DNA from: Kofleriaceae bacterium
Lineage (GTDB): Bacteria > Myxococcota_A > Polyangia > Haliangiales > Haliangiaceae
Assembly (NCBI GenBank): GCA_046597055.1
Contig: JBKJLC010000177.1
Location: forward strand, 1 to 16,851
Length of the DNA: 16,851 nt
Direction of reading: 5' to 3'
The position numbers and the translations under genes are program-made. The notes beneath the pieces were generated by a model. It saw only the letters and a list, made by a program, of their open reading frames with translations. It made no database searches and was not told where the DNA came from. Positions 13,371 to 16,851 of this stretch are shown piece after piece; within the stretch, counting starts at the first letter, position 1; each line of letters opens with the position of its first letter.

Positions 13371-13808
13371 ATGATCACCCGCGGCGAGCTGCTCGGGTTC
13401 CTGCGCCAGCACAAGCTGGCGGTGGAGGCGACCCTGCACGCGCGCGGCATGCCGCAGGCCGCGGTGATCGGCGTCGCGGTCACCGACGACCTGGCGCTGG
13501 TGTTCGACACCCTGTCCACCTCGCGCAAGTGCCAGAACCTGCGCCGGCACCCGATGATCGCGCTCGCGATCGGCTGGGACACCGCGACCGTGCAGCTCGA
13601 GGGCGTCGCCGACGAGCCGCACGGCGCCGAGCGCGAGCGCCTGGTGCAGGTCTATCTCGACGCCTTCCCCGATGGGGTCGTGCGCCAGCACCTCGAGCAC
13701 ATCACCTACGTGCGGGTGCGGCCGTGCTGGCTGCGCTACAGCGACTTCGCGATCGAGCCGCCGCGGATCTTCGAGCTCGACGCCGCCGGGCTGGCGGCGC
13801 TGACCTGA
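13371..13808 (+). CDS. Pyridoxamine 5'-phosphate oxidase-like (split-barrel flavin-binding) family protein
   Basis: AVEAT...GMPQAAVIG...VFDTLSTSRKCQNLRRHP.IALAIGWD..TVQLEG.A pattern; starts 7 nt after the proS stop. Confidence 0.8.
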   Translation: MITRGELLGFLRQHKLAVEATLHARGMPQAAVIGVAVTDDLALVFDTLSTSRKCQNLRRHPMIALAIGWDTATVQLEGVADEPHGAERERLVQVYLDAFPDGVVRQHLEHITYVRVRPCWLRYSDFAIEPPRIFELDAAGLAALT

Positions 13809-13861
13809 CCCGTGGTGGGTCGCGACCGACGCGCCTCGGTCACGCATGATATGGGTCGAAC

Positions 13862-14902
13862 GTGATCCAGACGGCTCGCCTCGTACCGGCTCCCGCGCAC
13901 CTGGTCGACGACGGCCGCCAGCACCTCGGGCGCTTCGCCGGACCGCTCGCACGCACCAACCTGATCGACGCGCGCTATCGCGGGCTGCCCCGGCCGCTGC
14001 GCTGGTGGCGGCTGAAGGAGTGGCAGGCGTTCCAGATCGCGAGCCCGCGGCTGTTCATCAACCTGGCGTTGTTCGACGCCAAGCTGATGGCGCTGGTGCA
14101 GGTCAAGATCTACGACCGCGCGCGCGGCGTGAAGATCCTGCACGAGCGCAAGCTGCGGCCGGGCGCGTTCCGCGTCGCCGACCAGCTGCTCGATTCGTCG
14201 ACCCGCTACCAGGACCGCAGGACCACGCTCGGCTTCACCAACCGGCTCGCGCGCGGCCGCATCGAGGTCGAGCTCGACGTGCCGGCGGCCGGCGCGGTGC
14301 CGCGCATCGCCGGTCGCATGACCCTCCTGTGCGACCGGGGCGCACCTCAGGTCGTCAGCCTGCCGTTCGCGGGCGACGTGGGCATGTACTCACACAAGGG
14401 CATGTTCCCGGTGGAGGGCGAGCTGTCGATCGGCGACGAGACCCACCGCTTCGCCGCCGACGACACGCTGGCGCTGATGGACGACCACAAGGGCTACTAT
14501 CCGTACGTGATGCAGTGGGACTGGGTGACCAGCGCGGTGCGTCGAGGCGGGCACGCGCTCGGCTTCAACCTGACCCGCAACCAGTGCCGCGAGCCGGAGC
14601 GGTACAACGAGAACTGCGCCTGGCAGGACGACCGGATCGGGCTGTTGCCCGCGGTCGAGTTCACCCGCGAGCGGGCGCGCCAGCCGGGCGAGCGCTGGCT
14701 CATCAAGGATCGCGACGGTCGCGTCGACCTTCGCTTCGAGCCGACCGTCCCCGGCGACGTGCGCGTGAACGCGGTCATCGTCGAGAGTCGCTACCGCGGG
14801 CCGTTCGGACGCTTCGAGGGTCGGCTCGAGCCCGCCGGCCTCGATCCGATCGAGGTCGATGGGTGGTTCGGTATGGGCGAGGAGTTCTACCTGCGCTGCT
14901 GA
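13862..14902 (+). CDS. DUF2804-family hypothetical protein
   Basis: 346 aa with RLKEWQAF, YSHKG, DDHKGYYPY.M.WDW, GFNLT.NQ, NENC.W and Y..PFG.FEG...GMGE pattern recalled for this family. Confidence 0.72.
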   Translation: MIQTARLVPAPAHLVDDGRQHLGRFAGPLARTNLIDARYRGLPRPLRWWRLKEWQAFQIASPRLFINLALFDAKLMALVQVKIYDRARGVKILHERKLRPGAFRVADQLLDSSTRYQDRRTTLGFTNRLARGRIEVELDVPAAGAVPRIAGRMTLLCDRGAPQVVSLPFAGDVGMYSHKGMFPVEGELSIGDETHRFAADDTLALMDDHKGYYPYVMQWDWVTSAVRRGGHALGFNLTRNQCREPERYNENCAWQDDRIGLLPAVEFTRERARQPGERWLIKDRDGRVDLRFEPTVPGDVRVNAVIVESRYRGPFGRFEGRLEPAGLDPIEVDGWFGMGEEFYLRC

Positions 14903-15005
14903 CCGCCACGAACCTACCTTTGTCGAGGGGCCGCTACCCCACCGGCATCCCCGCGGCGAAGAATGCATCGAGACTTTTTTGCCAGGTGGCCGACTATCTA
15001 CTCTG

Positions 15006-15515
15006 ATGAGAAATCGCGTCCAGTCCGGGTTCACGCTGACCGAGCTCATGATCGTGGTGGCGTTGCTCGGGATCCTGACGGCGATCGCGGTCGCCGCCTC
15101 GTCCGGTGGCAAGGACCGTTCGCGTGGGTTTGCCGATCAGATGGCGGGTGAGCTCGAGACGGCGCGCCTGCGCGCGCTGGCCAGCCGCCGCTGGCATCGC
15201 ATCACGTTCACCCCGACCGGAGCGACGCTCGATCAATCGACCACCACCGGCATGGCGCTGCCGACCGCGTACCAGACCGTCGGGCTGATCACCGCCCCGG
15301 CCGCGGTGCGCATCGTCGCGATGGCGAACACGACGCTGCTGGCGCCGACCACCGAGCCGGCCGCCGGCAGTGGCCTCGCCGGCGAGATCGTGTTCGCGCC
15401 CGACGGCACCAGCGTCGCGCGGACCCTCTGGGTCAGCGACCGCCAGGACTACGCTCCGTATCGCATCGCCCTGTTCGGGGCCACCGGTCACGCTCGCGTC
15501 TATGAAGGGTGGTGA
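15006..15515 (+). CDS. Type IV minor pilin / pseudopilin, FimT/FimU/GspH-like
   Basis: Class III signal MRNRVQSG|FTLTELMIVVALLGIL with Glu at +5; LETARLRAL helix; IVFAPDG motif. Start is ATG 15006, not 14859. Confidence 0.88.
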   Translation: MRNRVQSGFTLTELMIVVALLGILTAIAVAASSGGKDRSRGFADQMAGELETARLRALASRRWHRITFTPTGATLDQSTTTGMALPTAYQTVGLITAPAAVRIVAMANTTLLAPTTEPAAGSGLAGEIVFAPDGTSVARTLWVSDRQDYAPYRIALFGATGHARVYEGW

Positions 15516-15517
15516 GC

Positions 15518-16851
15518 ATGCGCATCTCGATCGCACTGACCTCGTTCACGCTCTGCGCGGGCCTGGGGCTCACCGCCCGCGAGGCGGCCGCCCAGGTCGC
15601 GACCGACTTCGCGTCGTGCTCGCCCGATCTGGCGGTGTGCGATGCGACCCACGACGACTGCTGCGTGCGCACCTTCGATCCGATCTCGACCGACCGCGCG
15701 ATCATCATCCCGATGGATCGCTGCCACCAGGTGATCGCCGGTGGCGGCAGCACGCTGGCGCCGCCGACCGCGGTCGGCTCGTGGTGCTCGAACCCGGGGC
15801 CGTTCGGCGCGAACGACAACGGCATGTACGAGACCTACGGCCTGGTGTTCCGGCTGATGCAGAACGGCATTCCGGTGCACTGGGTGATCAACCCCAGCAA
15901 GGATCCGCCGGCGCTCACCGCCAACCAGAACCTCAACAGCCAGGTCTACACGCCGCGCGACATCGACACGTGGGTGCTTTCGGCGGGCGCGACCGTGCCT
16001 TCCGTCGTCACCACCGCGCTCGCCGCTTGCACCGCGCCTGCGTGTGCCGCGCCGGTCAAGCTGCTCAACCCGACCACGCTGGCGGCGTCGGCGGCCTGGA
16101 CCTACACCAAGAAGCAGTTCCCGATCCGCGGCGGCGCCTTCGTGATCGCGCCCGAGGACCGCGGCCGCTTCAACGAGTTCTGGAAGAAGACCGGCGCGTA
16201 CGCCGGTTTCGCCGGCAATCCCAACTACAACTTCAGCGCGATCGATCTCTACGAGCTCCAGAACGGCGCCAAGTTCGTGTACCAGGACTACCGCACCTCG
16301 CTGCCGTACACGCTGGGCAATGGTGGTAACGGTGCGCCGGTCGCGGTGAAGATCGACTACGCGCCGCCGCGCCTGGCCCGGCAGGCCCCGGCCGGGGTGT
16401 CGCAGACCTGGCTGTCGCTGGCCAAGCTCAACGTGCCCGCCGCCTACCCGGCGTGCAAGACCGGCGTGTTCACCCCGGCCGACGCGGTGTTCTGCGACGT
16501 CACCAAGACCGACATCGGCAGCGGCGCGCTGGTCGCCGGCAACTTCACCTGGAGCTGGATCGACAACTGGTCGGCCAACGCCTCGCCCTGTAGCGACCCG
16601 GCCGAGCTGGCGCAGGTCAACAAGCTGCGCGAGTTCCTCACCTACAAGCCCGGGGTCCGCGCCGGCGGCCACATCATCTTCATGGAGGCCGTGATCAACT
16701 TGATCGAGAAGTGCTCGGACCGCCAGATCATGGGCGTGCCCGGGGTCGGCCTGGCTCCCGACAACGGCACGCCATCCGAGCCGTTCATCTTGCGGCGTCC
16801 ACACAACGTCTTCATGCAGTGGGGTGACGTGCCGACCTCGTTCGCCCAGGG
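15518..16851 (+). CDS. Large secreted Cys-containing protein, N-terminal 444 codons (truncated by window); possible PilY1-like pilus adhesin
   Basis: Manual translation MRISIALTSFTLCAGLGLTAREAAA|QVATDF...; Sec-type signal; open frame with GC3 bias to the window end; starts 2 nt after the pilin stop. Motifs IIIPMD, YGLVFRLMQNGIPVHWVINPSK, RGGAFVI. Function is inferred from context only. Confidence 0.75.
   Translation, partial: MRISIALTSFTLCAGLGLTAREAAAQVATDFASCSPDLAVCDATHDDCCVRTFDPISTDRAIIIPMDRCHQVIAGGGSTLAPPTAVGSWCSNPGPFGANDNGMYETYGLVFRLMQNGIPVHWVINPSKDPPALTANQNLNSQVYTPRDIDTWVLSAGATVPSVVTTALAACTAPACAAPVKLLNPTTLAASAAWTYTKKQFPIRGGAFVIAPEDRGRFNEFWKKTGAYAGFAGNPNYNFSAIDLYELQNGAKFVYQDYRTSLPYTLGNGGNGAPVAVKIDYAPPRLARQAPAGVSQTWLSLAKLNVPAAYPACKTGVFTPADAVFCDVTKTDIGSGALVAGNFTWSWIDNWSANASPCSDPAELAQVNKLREFLTYKPGVRAGGHIIFMEAVINLIEKCSDRQIMGVPGVGLAPDNGTPSEPFILRRPHNVFMQWGDVPTSFAQ

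Noticed and set aside
14942..14958. Sigma54 -24/-12 promoter (CGGCAT-N-GC) before the pilin gene
   Set aside because: GG-N10-GC spacing is present, but the -12 region reads CGGC rather than TTGC; too weak in GC-rich DNA.
14903..15005. c-di-GMP-I (GEMM) riboswitch upstream of the pilin gene
   Set aside because: GGCAAA and GGTAGCGG fragments occur only on the opposite strand, without the GNRA loop and GACGCAAA core; an Infernal search would settle it.

Overview
Very GC-rich bacterial chromosomal window whose gene content and style fit Myxococcota (inference). It holds 16 protein-coding loci and no RNA genes, CRISPR array or mobile element that I can support. In order: a 3'-truncated sigma54 enhancer-binding protein (FHA + degenerate GGDEF-like + AAA+, minus strand, missed by the ORF track); an acyltransferase-3; a broken fragment of a yeast-Mtd1-type methylene-THF dehydrogenase; a TPR/HEAT solenoid protein; an extended SDR; a Cys-rich lipoprotein; rlmN; a PD40 beta-propeller lipoprotein; a minus-strand sucC-sucD-ndk block; an archaeal/eukaryotic-type proS; a PNPOx-like protein; a DUF2804-like protein; a FimT/GspH-like minor pilin; and the start of a large secreted protein that may be a non-canonical PilY1-like adhesin (also missed by the ORF track). 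The most interesting items are the FHA/RxxD-GGDEF-like/sigma54 activator, the doubly deleted Mtd1-like remnant and the pilin-adhesin pair. All family calls come from motif recognition by eye; no searches were run.
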